Assembly: GCA_963768885.1 (NCBI GenBank)
Contig: CAVYJN010000014.1
Location: forward strand, 129,997-193,996
DNA from: an uncultured Solirubrobacterales bacterium
Lineage (GTDB): Bacteria; Actinomycetota; Thermoleophilia; Solirubrobacterales; JBBDJG01
Length of the DNA: 64,000 nt
Reading direction: 5' to 3'
In this document: positions 50,774-62,017 of the stretch, piece after piece
Position numbering within the stretch: the first letter of the stretch is position 1
Layout: each line of letters starts with the position of its first letter
Program-made: the position numbers and the translations under genes
The notes under the pieces: model-generated
Databases searched by the model: none
The model's input: the letters and a program-made list of their open reading frames with translations, nothing else
Told to the model about the DNA's origin: nothing

Positions 50774-50796
50774 CTGCCTATGCAATGCTTAGGCAG
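50774..50796. promoter_or_regulatory. Palindromic operator candidate for the molybdate operon
   Basis: CTGCCTATGCA-A-TGCTTAGGCAG (10/11 arm match) 2 nt before the regulator ATG. Confidence 0.55.
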
Positions 50797-50798
50797 AG

Positions 50799-51194
50799 AT
50801 GGCGAGGGGCCCCACTAGCCTGACCCTCGGGGAGGCCGCGCGCGAGATCGGCGTGAGCGTCGACACGCTGCGCCGCTGGGAGCGCGACGGCAAGCTGCGC
50901 GCGGTCCGCGACGAGCGCAACCGGCGCCGCGTCCCGCGTCGCGAGGTCGAGCGGCTCGCCGCGCGTCCGCGGCGCCACCGGGCGGGGGACGCGTTCTCCG
51001 CGCGCAACCGCTTCCCGGGGAAGGTCGTCTCCGTCGAGGTCGACGGCGTGATGGCGCTCGTCGAGATCGAGGCCGGCCCGCACCGCGTGACGGCGGCGAT
51101 CACGCGCGACGCGGTCGAGGAGCTCGGCCTTGCGCCCGGTGTCGATGCGACCGCCACCGTGAAGGCGACCTCGGTGATGGTCGAGCGCTCGTGA
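50799..51194 (+). CDS. MerR/excisionase-type HTH plus TOBE molybdate-binding regulator
   Basis: LGEAAREIGVSVDTLRRW; SARN molybdate motif; VKAT. Confidence 0.88.
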   Translation: MARGPTSLTLGEAAREIGVSVDTLRRWERDGKLRAVRDERNRRRVPRREVERLAARPRRHRAGDAFSARNRFPGKVVSVEVDGVMALVEIEAGPHRVTAAITRDAVEELGLAPGVDATATVKATSVMVERS

Positions 51195-51947
51195 CGAGGG
51201 CGGCGCTCCTCGCGTGCGCCGCGCTGCTCGCCCTCGCCGTGACCCCCGGCTGCGGGGACGCAGGCGCGCCGACGCTGCGCGTGTCGGCGGCCGCGTCGCT
51301 CAAGAGCGCATTCGAGGACTACGGCTCGGTGTTCGAGGAGGCCGACGCGAGCTTCAGCTTCGCCGGGTCCGACGAGCTCGCGGCGCAGATCCGCAAGGGC
51401 GCGCGGCCCGACGTGTTCGCGGCCGCCAACACCGAGCTGCCCGGCTCGGCTCCACGCGGAGAGGCTGGTCGAGCGGCCGGTCGCGTTCGCCTCGAACCGG
51501 CTCGTGATCGCCGTCCCCGCGGACGGCGACCGGGTCGCCTCGCTCGAGGATCTCGACGACCCGGGAGTGCGCATCGCCGCCGGGGCGCCGGGCGTGCCCG
51601 TCGGGGGCTACACACGCGACCTGCTCGCGCGCCTCGGCCCGCGCGAGGCGGCCGCGATCGAGCGCAACGTGCGCTCCAACGAGCCCGACGTGTCGGGCGT
51701 GGTGGGCAAGGTGGCGCAGGGCGCGGTCGACGCGGGGTTCGTGTACGTGACCGACGTGCGGGCGTCCGGCGGGCGGCTGCGCGCGGTCCGGCTTCCGGGC
51801 CGTCTGCGCCCGGACGTGGTCTACGCCGTCGCGGTCGTGAAGGGGGCGCGCCGCCGCGCCGAGGCGCGTGCCTTCGTCGAGGGCCTGCTGAGCGGCGCGG
51901 GGCGGCAGGCGCTCGCGCGCGCCGGGTTCGCGCCGCCGGTGACGTGA
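51191..51947 (+). CDS. modA: Molybdate ABC transporter substrate-binding lipoprotein (frameshift near 51445)
   Basis: Lipobox-like PGC, AAASLK, FAGSDELAAQI, VPVGGY, DAGFVYVTD. Confidence 0.88.
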
Positions 51948-52756
51948 GCCGCAGGACCGGCCGCCGGCTCTTCGCGTTGCTGCTCGTCGCAGCGACGGCC
52001 GTCACCCTCTGCTTCCTGACGCTTCCCGTCGCCGCGATCTTCGTGGACGTCGGGCCGCGTGAGCTGCTCGCCAGCCTCGACGACCCGGTGGCCGTCGACG
52101 CGCTCGTGTTGAGCCTCGAGACCAGCCTGCTCGCCGTCGCGATCATCGTCGCAGTCGGCACGCCGGCCGCCTATCTGCTCGCGACGCGCGACTTCCGCGG
52201 GCGGGCGATGGTGCTGACGCTCGTCGAGCTGCCCCTGATCCTCCCGCCGGCCGCGGCGGGGATCGGCCTGCTGGCCGCGTTCGGGCCGCAGGGAATCCTC
52301 GGGCCCGCGCTCACCGACCTCGGCATCGAGCTGCCGCTGACGACCGCGGCCGTGGTGGTCGCGCTCGTGTTCGTGGCGAGCCCGTTCTACGTGCGCCAGG
52401 CGCAGGCTGCCTTCGCCAGCCTCGAGCGCGACCTGGTCGAGGCCTCCCGCACGCTCGGCGCGTCCGAGGCGCACACGTTCGCACGCGTCGCGGTCCCGCT
52501 CGCGCTGCCCGCGCTCGGCACCGGGCTCGCGCTGGCCTGGGGGCGCGCGCTCGGTGAGTTCGGCGCGACCCTGATGTTCGCGGGCAGCTTCCGCGGCGTC
52601 ACCCAGACTGCCCCGCTCGCGATCTTCGAGCGCTTCTCCACGGACTTCACCGCGGCCCTCGCGCTGTCGGCGGTGCTCGTGGCGGTGAGCGGCGCGCTGC
52701 TGCTCGTCGTGAAGCTGCTGGCCGGCCGCGGCGGCGAGGCACATGCTCTCCTTTGA
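51944..52756 (+). CDS. modB: Molybdate ABC transporter permease
   Basis: ELPLILPP, EASRTLGA, RALGEFGATLMFAG. Confidence 0.92.
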   Translation: MSRRTGRRLFALLLVAATAVTLCFLTLPVAAIFVDVGPRELLASLDDPVAVDALVLSLETSLLAVAIIVAVGTPAAYLLATRDFRGRAMVLTLVELPLILPPAAAGIGLLAAFGPQGILGPALTDLGIELPLTTAAVVVALVFVASPFYVRQAQAAFASLERDLVEASRTLGASEAHTFARVAVPLALPALGTGLALAWGRALGEFGATLMFAGSFRGVTQTAPLAIFERFSTDFTAALALSAVLVAVSGALLLVVKLLAGRGGEAHALL

Positions 52757-53801
52757 CGCGCACTTCGCGCTGCGCGACTTCGCGCTCGACGTCGACCTCG
52801 ACGTCCGGGGATGCCTCGCGATCGCCGGGCCGTCGGGCGCCGGCAAGAGCACGATCCTGCGCGTCTGCGCCGGCCTGGTGCGCCCGGAACGCGGCACGGT
52901 GGTCTGCGACGGCGACGTCTGGCTCGACACGGAAAGAGGTGTCTGGGCCGAGCCCGACGAGCGCGCCTGCGGCCTCGTGTTCCAGGACTACGCGCTCTTC
53001 CCCCACATGCCGGCATGGCGCAACGTGGCCTACGGGATGCGCGGCCTCCCGCGCCGCGAGCGCCGCGCGGCGGCCGAGGCGGTCCTCGCGCGCTTCGGCG
53101 TGGCCGACCTCGCCGACGCCCATCCGCGCTCGCTCTCGGGCGGGGAGCGCCAGCGCGTCGCGCTCGCGCGGGCGCTCGCGCGGGCGCCGCGCGTGCTGTT
53201 GCTCGACGAGCCGCTCGCCGCGCTCGATGCCCGCACCCGCGCGGCGGCGGCGCGCGAGCTCGCGTCCACGATCCGGGAGGCCGGCGTGCCCACGCTGCTC
53301 GTGACGCACGACTTCGCCGACGCCGCGCTGCTCGGCGACGAGGTCGCGGTCGTCGACCGCGGGCGCGTGCTGCAGCGCGGTCCGGCGGCGCAGCTCGCGG
53401 CCGCGCCGGCCTCCTCGTTCGTCGCGGACTTCACGGGCGCAAGCGTCCTGTCGGGCGACGCGCGGCCGGCGGCGGACGGTCTCACCGCGCTGCGGCTCGA
53501 CGGCGGCGGCGAGATCGTCAGCACCGACAGGGCGGGCGGGCGCGCCGCCGCGAGCGTCTTCCCGTGGGACGTGACGGTCGAGGCCCCCGGCGCGGCGGTC
53601 CACGGGTCGGCCCACAACAGCGTCGCGGCGACCGTCACCTCCGTATCGCCGGTCGGCAATCGCGTGCGGCTCGCGCTCGCGCTGCCGCAGCCCCTGATCG
53701 CGGAGGTCACCCAGGGCTCCGTGCAGCGCCTCGGGCTGGCGCCCGGAGCGCGCGTCGAGGCGCGCTGGAAGGCGACGGCCACGCGGCTCGTCCCCCTCTG
53801 A
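52743..53801 (+). CDS. modC: Molybdate ABC transporter ATP-binding protein with TOBE domain
   Basis: GPSGAGKS, LSGGERQR, LLDEP, C-terminal TOBE. Confidence 0.9.
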   Translation: MLSFDAHFALRDFALDVDLDVRGCLAIAGPSGAGKSTILRVCAGLVRPERGTVVCDGDVWLDTERGVWAEPDERACGLVFQDYALFPHMPAWRNVAYGMRGLPRRERRAAAEAVLARFGVADLADAHPRSLSGGERQRVALARALARAPRVLLLDEPLAALDARTRAAAARELASTIREAGVPTLLVTHDFADAALLGDEVAVVDRGRVLQRGPAAQLAAAPASSFVADFTGASVLSGDARPAADGLTALRLDGGGEIVSTDRAGGRAAASVFPWDVTVEAPGAAVHGSAHNSVAATVTSVSPVGNRVRLALALPQPLIAEVTQGSVQRLGLAPGARVEARWKATATRLVPL

Positions 53802-53838
53802 ACGTCGCGAGTGGGCCAGCCGTAATACTGCGCCTCGG

Positions 53839-54567
53839 ATGGCCAGCCGCCCGGTACCACGAGCAGCCCCCGCGGCACGAACGGGTGAGGTGCTGCGCGC
53901 GGTACCGCTGTTCTCGAGCCTGTCGGGCCCCGAGCTGGAGAAGATCGCGCGCGTCGCGGTGCCCCGGCACTACGAGGCGGGGAGCATCGTGCTGCGCGAG
54001 GGCGACCCCGGGGACACCTGCTACATCCTGCAGCGCGGCCGCGCGCGCGTCACCCGTCAGCACGCGGACGGGCGCACGATCACGCTCACCAACCTCGGCC
54101 CCGGCGAGATCTTCGGAGAGCTGGCGATGTTCGGCGGCGAGGTGCGCTCGGCGACGGTCGAGGCGCTCGACGACGTGCAGGCGGTCGCGATCCTGGCGGG
54201 CGACCTCAAGCGCCTGCTGAACGACCATCCCGAGATCGCCGTGAAACTCCTCGCGGCGCTCGGCGAGAAGCTGCGCGAGGCCAACGCCCGCATCGCGCGC
54301 CAGTCCTTCCAGAAGGTCTCGAGCCGCGTGGCCGGGGTGCTCGCCGAGCTTGCGGAGACCGGGTCGCGCGGCGGCGGGCACCTCGACGGGCCCCCGCGCG
54401 AGGTGGTGGTGCACTCCACCCAGTCCGACCTCGCCCAGCTGGCCGGCACCTCCCGCGAGGCCGCGAGCCGGTTCCTCGCGACGCTCCAGCGCGCCGGAGT
54501 CGTGACCACGCGGCGCGGGCGCATCGTGGTGCACGACCCGACGGCCCTCCACCGGTACATCTATTGA
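53839..54567 (+). CDS. Crp/Fnr family regulator
   Basis: FGELAM...RSAT cNMP pocket; QSDLAQLAGTSREAASR HTH. Confidence 0.92.
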   Translation: MASRPVPRAAPAARTGEVLRAVPLFSSLSGPELEKIARVAVPRHYEAGSIVLREGDPGDTCYILQRGRARVTRQHADGRTITLTNLGPGEIFGELAMFGGEVRSATVEALDDVQAVAILAGDLKRLLNDHPEIAVKLLAALGEKLREANARIARQSFQKVSSRVAGVLAELAETGSRGGGHLDGPPREVVVHSTQSDLAQLAGTSREAASRFLATLQRAGVVTTRRGRIVVHDPTALHRYIY

Positions 54568-54746
54568 GCGGCCGCGTCATCGCTGCCCTTGTCGTGTACG
54601 GCCTGCTCTGGGGAGCGGCGGTCGAGACCGCCGACGCCGGCCTGGGCGACCCCTTCGAGCCGCTCGACGTGTTCAGCCTGGCCGTCCAGGTCGTCCTCGC
54701 GATCCTGCTCTGGCCGTTGTTCAGGCGCCTCTGGCGAGCGGACTGA
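54564..54746 (+). CDS. Small 2-TM membrane protein
   Basis: TTG overlapping the crp stop; two hydrophobic helices. Confidence 0.5.
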   Translation: MSGRVIAALVVYGLLWGAAVETADAGLGDPFEPLDVFSLAVQVVLAILLWPLFRRLWRAD

Positions 54747-54800
54747 GCGCTCCATATACTGAGCCGCCCGCCCACCCCCCGAAACCGAGCGGTCCCACAC

Positions 54801-55208
54801 GTGTACGTCCTCAACTTCTACTCCCCGGTCTTCGTCGACCAGCTCAAGCGTGGCCGCAAGACGGCCACGATCAGGCTCGGCGACAAGAGCCTCAAGTACC
54901 GCCGCGGCCAGCTCGTCTGGATCACGGTCGGGTACCGCCACGAGCCGCGCGAGAAGGTCTTCACGGCGGTCGTCGACGATGTCGAGGTCAAGCGCGTGCG
55001 CGAGCTGTCGCCCCGCGACATCGAGCACGACAACCCCGAGTTCCGGCGCGTCGAGGACACCGTTCACTTCCTCGAGCAGATCTACGGCCGCGAGATCGGC
55101 CAGGACGACCTCGTCACCGTGATCCGGTTCTCACAGGTGATCGAGACCACCGCCCAGCGCGACTCGCCTCCCGGCAACGGGCACGGGCCGCGCCCCAGAG
55201 GCCTCTAG
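54801..55208 (+). CDS. ASCH domain (PUA-like) protein
   Basis: LNF...GRKTATIR signature. Confidence 0.82.
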   Translation: MYVLNFYSPVFVDQLKRGRKTATIRLGDKSLKYRRGQLVWITVGYRHEPREKVFTAVVDDVEVKRVRELSPRDIEHDNPEFRRVEDTVHFLEQIYGREIGQDDLVTVIRFSQVIETTAQRDSPPGNGHGPRPRGL

Positions 55209-55216
55209 CGCGCGTG

Positions 55217-55251
55217 AAATTTGGCCCCCGGAGCCGCTCCGGGGCCGATTT
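55217..55251 (+). terminator. Hairpin/terminator after the ASCH gene
   Basis: GGCCCC(C)GGAGC / GCTCCGGGGCC followed by ATTTTT. Confidence 0.55.
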
Positions 55252-55278
55252 TTGGCACTCTGGCTGCTAGAGTGCCAA
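55252..55278. promoter_or_regulatory. CIRCE element (HrcA operator)
   Basis: TTGGCACTC-N9-GAGTGCCAA upstream of groES. Confidence 0.92.
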
Positions 55279-55377
55279 AGGCCTTCCCCCGCGGGCCCGG
55301 CCGTCACGGCCGGCGGCCCGGCGGAGGGGCGACTGCAACGCGGAACGACTTTTCAAGCTGATCCAGGAGGTATGCCC

Positions 55378-55671
55378 ATGAATCTGAAGCCTCTCGGGGA
55401 TCGCCTGATCGTGCAGCCGGTGGAAGAGGAGGAGACCACTGCCAGTGGGATCGTCCTGCCGGACACGGCCAAGGAGAAGCCCCAGAAGGGAAAGGTGCTC
55501 GCCGTCGGGGACGGCCGGTGGGACGAGGACGGGGAGAAGCGCATCCCGCTCGACGTAGCCACCGGCGACGAGGTCCTCTACTCCAAGTACGGCGGCACGG
55601 ACATCGTCATCGACGGCGATGACCTGCTGGTCCTGCGCGAGTCGGACGTACTGGCCAAGGTAGAGGGCTAG
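55378..55671 (+). CDS. groES: Co-chaperonin GroES
   Basis: [30 protein letters not shown]; GGAGG RBS. Confidence 0.97.
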   Translation: MNLKPLGDRLIVQPVEEEETTASGIVLPDTAKEKPQKGKVLAVGDGRWDEDGEKRIPLDVATGDEVLYSKYGGTDIVIDGDDLLVLRESDVLAKVEG

Positions 55672-55688
55672 ACACCTTAGAAAGGTAG

Positions 55689-57332
<1,644 letters not shown>

Positions 57333-57358
57333 CGAACCGCTCGCGGTTCGCGGTATGC

Positions 57359-57388
57359 GAGGGCCCGGCGAACGCCGGGCCCTCTTTC
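57359..57388 (+). terminator. Intrinsic terminator of groES-groEL
   Basis: GAGGGCCCGGCG-AA-CGCCGGGCCCTC-TTTC, preceded by a second hairpin at 57333-57350. Confidence 0.8.
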
Positions 57389-57401
57389 GTACGATGCCCG
57401 C

Positions 57402-58448
57402 GTGATCCTCGAACGTCCCGAAGTCACGCCGGAGCAGTTGCGGGCTCGTACCGGATGGGACCTGAAGCCCGAGGGACTCTGCAAGGGAGACCGCTGCGTT
57501 TCGTTCGACGACGCAGCTGACGGTCTCGACGTGGAGACGCTCGCGGACCGGCTCGGCATGGCGCTCGTCCACGACGAAGGGCACGGCCTGTGGGCGCTCG
57601 GCCCGGAGTCCGGCGGCCGCGCGCTGCTCACGGCCGAGCTTCCGGACGTGACGCTGCCCGATCGCCGTGGCAACCCGTTCTCGCTTTCGGCGCTGCACGG
57701 CAAGAAGGTCCTGCTCGTGGCATGGGCGTCGTGGTGAGGATGCCGCTTCGACCTGCCCGTGTGGCAGGAACTGCGAGCCGAGCTGCATCCGAAGGGCCTC
57801 GAGATCGTGACCGTCGCGCTCGACGTCGGCGGTGAGCGCGCTGCCGGCCCGTGGATCGACATGGCCAAGCCCGAGCATCCGGCGCTGATCGACGAAGCCC
57901 ACCTCCTCGATGAGCTGCTGGGCATCGTGAACGTCCCGAGCGGGGTCTGGATCGAGGAGCAGGGCACGATCGTGCGCCCACCCGAGCCGGCCTTCCCCGG
58001 TCGCGCCGTGGTCGCGGAGCTGCCGATTCCCGAGGGGGCCCCGCCGCGGATCGCGGAGATGCTCCAGGAGGCGGGCAAGATGCGGATCGAGCCCCAGCGC
58101 TATGTCGCCGCGCTGCGCGACTGGGTGGAGAGGGGCGCCGCCAGCGAGTTCGCGCTCGATCCCGCCGAGGTGGTCGCGCGCTCGACCCCGCGGCCGCCGG
58201 AGGCCTCACGCGCGGCGGCCAGCTTCGAGCTCGCCCAGCACCTGCACCGCAGCGGCCATCCCGAGGACGCGGTCGCTTGGTTTCGCGAGGCGCACAGGCT
58301 CCAGCCCGGCAACTGGACCTACAAGCGACAGGCCTGGGAGTTCGTCGACCCGATCCTGCAGGGACCGAGCGAGCAGTACGACGGCGACTGGCTGAGCGAC
58401 GTGCGGCAGATCGGCGCCGAGAACTACTACCCACCTGTGGACCTCTAG
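57402..58448 (+). CDS. Selenocysteine-containing ResA/TlpA-like thioredoxin-fold protein (WASW-U-GC)
   Basis: ORFs 57402-57737 and 57759-58448 share a frame and are separated only by TGA (57735-57737) at the redox-motif position; SECIS-like hairpin follows. Confidence 0.85.
57747..57770 (+). promoter_or_regulatory. Bacterial SECIS element candidate
   Basis: CCTGCC-CGTGT-GGCAGG hairpin starting 14 nt after UGA, with G/U in the apical loop. Confidence 0.7.
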
Positions 58449-58450
58449 GC

Positions 58451-59494
58451 ATGCGCCCCGGGCTCAAGCCCGACTCCACGCTGGACCGACTCGCGCTCCG
58501 GCTGAACCTCGCGCCGGTCGCGGCCGGGCATGCGATGTTCGGCATGCCGATGTCGCGCGTGACGGTCGCGGGCCAGCGGCTGGGAGTGTTCAAGCGGCTC
58601 GCGCGCGGGCCGGCCGGCGCCGAGGAGCTCGCCGCGGAGCTCGGCTGCGCGCCTGCCGGATTGCTGATGCTGCTCGACTCGCTCGCCGCCCTCGGCCACG
58701 TCGACCGCCACCACGGCACGTACCAGCTCTCGAAGGCGGCGCGCCCGTGGCTCGACCCGGCGTCCGACCAGTACGTCGGCACCTTCATCGAGCACGCCCA
58801 CGACTACTGGGCGTGGTGGGAGCGGCTGGAGGACGTCGTGCGGACCGGGCAGGGCGTCGAGATCCACGACTTCCCGCCCGACGACCCGAGCTGGGAGACC
58901 TACATCCGCGGCCAGTTCGAGCTCGCGCGGATCAGCTCCCCGGAGGTCGCGAAGGCGCTGCAGCTACCGGCGAAGCCCACGTCGCTGCTGGACGTCGCCG
59001 GCGGCCACGGGTGGTACTCGGCCGAGCTGTGCCGGCGGCATCCTGGCCTGCGCGCCACGGTGCTGGACCTCCCCGGCAGCGCCGCCGTCGGCCGTCGCAT
59101 CATGGAGGAGCAGGGCATGGGCGAGCGTGTCGAGCACGTCGACGGCGACATGACGAGCGCCGACCTGGGCGGTCCCCACGACGGCGTGCTCGTCTTCAAC
59201 ATCGTCCATCACCTCCGGCCCGAGGAGAACGTCGCGCTCCTGCGGCGGATCCACGCGGCGCTCGAGCCGGGCGGGACCGTCGCCGTGCTCGATCTCTGGC
59301 TGACGCCCGAGGACCGCCGCCCGGAGGCCGCCGCGCTGCTCGGCCTCTTCTTCCATCTCACGTCGTCGGCCGCGACCTACGCCGAGGCCGACGTGCGCGG
59401 TTGGCTCGCCGCAGCCGGCTTCGACAAGCCGCGCCGGATCACGATCCGGCGGCTGCCGGGCCAGGCGGTGTTCGAGGCGCGAAAGCCGCGCTGA
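58451..59494 (+). CDS. Class I SAM-dependent O-methyltransferase (dimerisation HTH plus MTase)
   Basis: LLDVAGGHG, VLDLP, DGDM, NIVHH, LEPGG. Confidence 0.9.
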   Translation: MRPGLKPDSTLDRLALRLNLAPVAAGHAMFGMPMSRVTVAGQRLGVFKRLARGPAGAEELAAELGCAPAGLLMLLDSLAALGHVDRHHGTYQLSKAARPWLDPASDQYVGTFIEHAHDYWAWWERLEDVVRTGQGVEIHDFPPDDPSWETYIRGQFELARISSPEVAKALQLPAKPTSLLDVAGGHGWYSAELCRRHPGLRATVLDLPGSAAVGRRIMEEQGMGERVEHVDGDMTSADLGGPHDGVLVFNIVHHLRPEENVALLRRIHAALEPGGTVAVLDLWLTPEDRRPEAAALLGLFFHLTSSAATYAEADVRGWLAAAGFDKPRRITIRRLPGQAVFEARKPR

Positions 59495-59504
59495 TCGTCG
59501 GCCG

Positions 59505-60311
59505 CTACTCGCCGATCGTGCGGCGGTAGGCGCTCGCGAACGGCCCGAGCAGGATCGAGTGCGGGCCGTGCCGGCCGAAGTTGGCCGTGACGCGGTTGCC
59601 GATCCCGGGGATCACGACGCGCTTGCCGTTCTCGGCGCCCTCGATGCCGGCCTTCGCGACATCCGCCGCGGTGGACCAGATGAAAGACGGGCCGGGGCTC
59701 TCGCTCCTGAACCCACCCGCCTCGGTGAACTCGGTCTTGACCGGCCCCGGGCAGAGGGCCGTCATCGTGACGCCCGTGCCTTTCAGCTCCGCCGACGTGG
59801 CCTCGCTGAAGCTCAGCACGAACGCCTTCGTCGCGGCGTAGACGGACTGCACCGGGATCGGCTGGAAGCCCGCCACCGACGCGACGTTTATGACCGCGCC
59901 GCTGCCGCGCTCGACCATGCCCGGCAACCACCGGGTCGTGAGGTCGACGAGCGCCTCGATGTTCACGCGGACCATGCCGAGCTGGCGGTCCGGGTTCTCG
60001 TGCACGTCCCCCACGGTCGTGAAGCCCGCGTTGTTGACGAGGATCCCGACGTCCAGGCCCGCCTGGGAGATCACCTCGGGGAGCCGGCGCCGCTCCGCCT
60101 CGTCGCCGAGGTCGCACGCGGCAACCTCGGCGCGCACGCCGTGGTCGCGCTCGAGCTCGGCGGCGAGCGCGCGCAGGCGGTCCTCGCGTCGCGCCACCAG
60201 GAAGACGCCGTATCGCCGCGCGGCGAGCTGGCGGGCGAACTCCTCCCCGATGCCGCTCGACGCGCCGGTGATCACCGCGGTCGTGGCGGGTCCGGGAGGC
60301 GGAAGTGCCAT
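59505..60311 (-). CDS. SDR family oxidoreductase
   Basis: TGASSGIG, NNAG, YAATK. Confidence 0.93.
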   Translation of the reverse strand: MALPPPGPATTAVITGASSGIGEEFARQLAARRYGVFLVARREDRLRALAAELERDHGVRAEVAACDLGDEAERRRLPEVISQAGLDVGILVNNAGFTTVGDVHENPDRQLGMVRVNIEALVDLTTRWLPGMVERGSGAVINVASVAGFQPIPVQSVYAATKAFVLSFSEATSAELKGTGVTMTALCPGPVKTEFTEAGGFRSESPGPSFIWSTAADVAKAGIEGAENGKRVVIPGIGNRVTANFGRHGPHSILLGPFASAYRRTIGE

Positions 60312-60366
60312 GGCGGTGAGCTTATCCGGCGGCAACCGCCCGGTCATGCCCGCCTACAATGCATGC

Positions 60367-60642
60367 ATGGAAGGTGCCGACCCCTTCGGAGGCCTTTTCG
60401 GAGACCCGGACGACCTGCAGCGCCGGCTGGGCGAGTTCGCCGAGCAGATGCAGGGCGCGCAGCGGGTGGCGTGGGCCGACAACGCGATCAAGCTGGCGGT
60501 CGACATGACCGTGGCCGCGATCCACACGATCGACCTCTCGGGCTCCCCGGACGAGCAGGCGGTCCAGATCCGCGACGCGATCCGGATGATCTTCCCCGAG
60601 GCCGTGACACTCGTGCGCGAGGCGCGCGAGGGTCTCGCCTAG
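60367..60642 (+). CDS. Hypothetical helical protein (91 aa)
   Basis: Clean GC3-rich ORF; TACAAT 6 nt before ATG. Confidence 0.7.
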   Translation: MEGADPFGGLFGDPDDLQRRLGEFAEQMQGAQRVAWADNAIKLAVDMTVAAIHTIDLSGSPDEQAVQIRDAIRMIFPEAVTLVREAREGLA

Positions 60643-60644
60643 AT

Positions 60645-61655
60645 CTAACCGGGCGTCGCCTCCTCCGCGGCGCGCTGGTCCTCGCGACCGCGGCGCACGA
60701 CGCTGCGCAGGTCGGTCGTCCCCGCCATCAGGAAGAGCGCGATCACCGCGACGCCGACGTTGAACGCGGCGATCGCGATCTGCTGCCCGACGCTGTAGGC
60801 GAGCACCGCCGTCCGCGACGCCTTGCCGCGGAACACGTACACGAGCAGCGCCTGCTGCGCCCCCGCGCCGCCGGGCGTGAACGGCGTGAGCGTGGAGAGC
60901 GCCTGGACGCTCATCACGAGCAGCGCGTTCTCGACCGACCCGCCGATGTTGAACGCCTCGAGGAAGAAGTAGAAGGAGAAGAAGCGCAGCAGCCAGGCGA
61001 CCGCCTGCCACGCGGCGACCTGGCGCAGATAGCGCCGGAAGTCGGTGAGGATCACGACACCCTGGCGCACGCGCCGCCAGAACACGACGGCGCGGATCGA
61101 CAGCACCGCGTAGACGACGAGCAGCGCGACGATCAGGAACGTGATCGTGAAGAGCGCGAAGCGGGGATGGTCGGCCCAGAAGGAGAGGTCGAAGGCGCCG
61201 ATGTCGGGCAGGTTGGGAAGACTCGGCAGCACGCCCTGCGTGAGCGCGAAGAGCATCACCAGCGCCCCGATGCTCGTGTCGAACAGCGACTCGACGAAGA
61301 AGGAGGAGGTCACCGCGGGATAGGAGGAGTTGGGGACGCTCTGCTTGGCCAGGTAGATCTTCGCGACGTCGCCGCCGCGCGCGGGGAGGATGCTGTTGAC
61401 GCCCACGCCGACCACGTAGGACCCGAGGATCCGGCGCCACTCGATGCGCTCGGCCGGATACGCCGCGCGCAGCGTGTTGAACCAGCCCCGGCTACGGGCG
61501 CACATGTGGCCGAAGTGCAGGAGCAGTGCGAACAGCAGCGCACCCCAGTGGACCGCGGCGAGGTTGGAGAAGAACGTCTCGACGGCGTCCCAGAACGTCT
61601 CGAGGCTCGAGCCGAGGGATGCGGTGGGGAACGAGACGAGCGGCGGGCGACCCAT
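60645..61655 (-). CDS. Lysylphosphatidylglycerol-synthase-TM / UPF0104 flippase-like membrane protein
   Basis: NSILPARGGD and TPGGAG motifs; ~8 TM. Confidence 0.85.
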   Translation of the reverse strand: MGRPPLVSFPTASLGSSLETFWDAVETFFSNLAAVHWGALLFALLLHFGHMCARSRGWFNTLRAAYPAERIEWRRILGSYVVGVGVNSILPARGGDVAKIYLAKQSVPNSSYPAVTSSFFVESLFDTSIGALVMLFALTQGVLPSLPNLPDIGAFDLSFWADHPRFALFTITFLIVALLVVYAVLSIRAVVFWRRVRQGVVILTDFRRYLRQVAAWQAVAWLLRFFSFYFFLEAFNIGGSVENALLVMSVQALSTLTPFTPGGAGAQQALLVYVFRGKASRTAVLAYSVGQQIAIAAFNVGVAVIALFLMAGTTDLRSVVRRGREDQRAAEEATPG

Positions 61656-61695
61656 CTCCCTAAGCTAACCAGCCCCATCCCCAGGAGGTGCGAGG

Positions 61696-61983
61696 TTGAA
61701 GCTCTACGTCTGTTACGGCACGTTCGGATCACCCCGTCCCGGCGGCCATCCATGCGGCAACGCCTACCGGGCGCTGAAGGAGGCCGGCCACGAGCCCGAG
61801 GTCAAGAAGGCGTACGGGCTCGGCGTGCTGCCCGACTTCCTCAACACGCGAACCCGCAAAGAGGTGAAGAAGCTCACGGGCAACAGCTTCGTGCCCGTGC
61901 TGGTCACCGACGACGGCGAGGTCGTGAGCGACTCGAAGAACATCGTCGCCTGGGCGGAGGCGCACCCGGCGCGCCCCGCGTGA
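61696..61983 (+). CDS. Glutaredoxin / GST-N-like small protein
   Basis: AGGAGG plus TTG; HPC, VPVL, DSKNI. Confidence 0.8.
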   Translation: MKLYVCYGTFGSPRPGGHPCGNAYRALKEAGHEPEVKKAYGLGVLPDFLNTRTRKEVKKLTGNSFVPVLVTDDGEVVSDSKNIVAWAEAHPARPA

Positions 61984-62017
61984 CGCGGGGCGCGTGGATG
62001 CGTGCTCTCGGTGCGTT

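Noticed and set aside
51191-52756. ModA-ModB fusion
   Set aside because: Artefact of a frameshift near 51445; modA ends at 51947 and modB starts at 51944.
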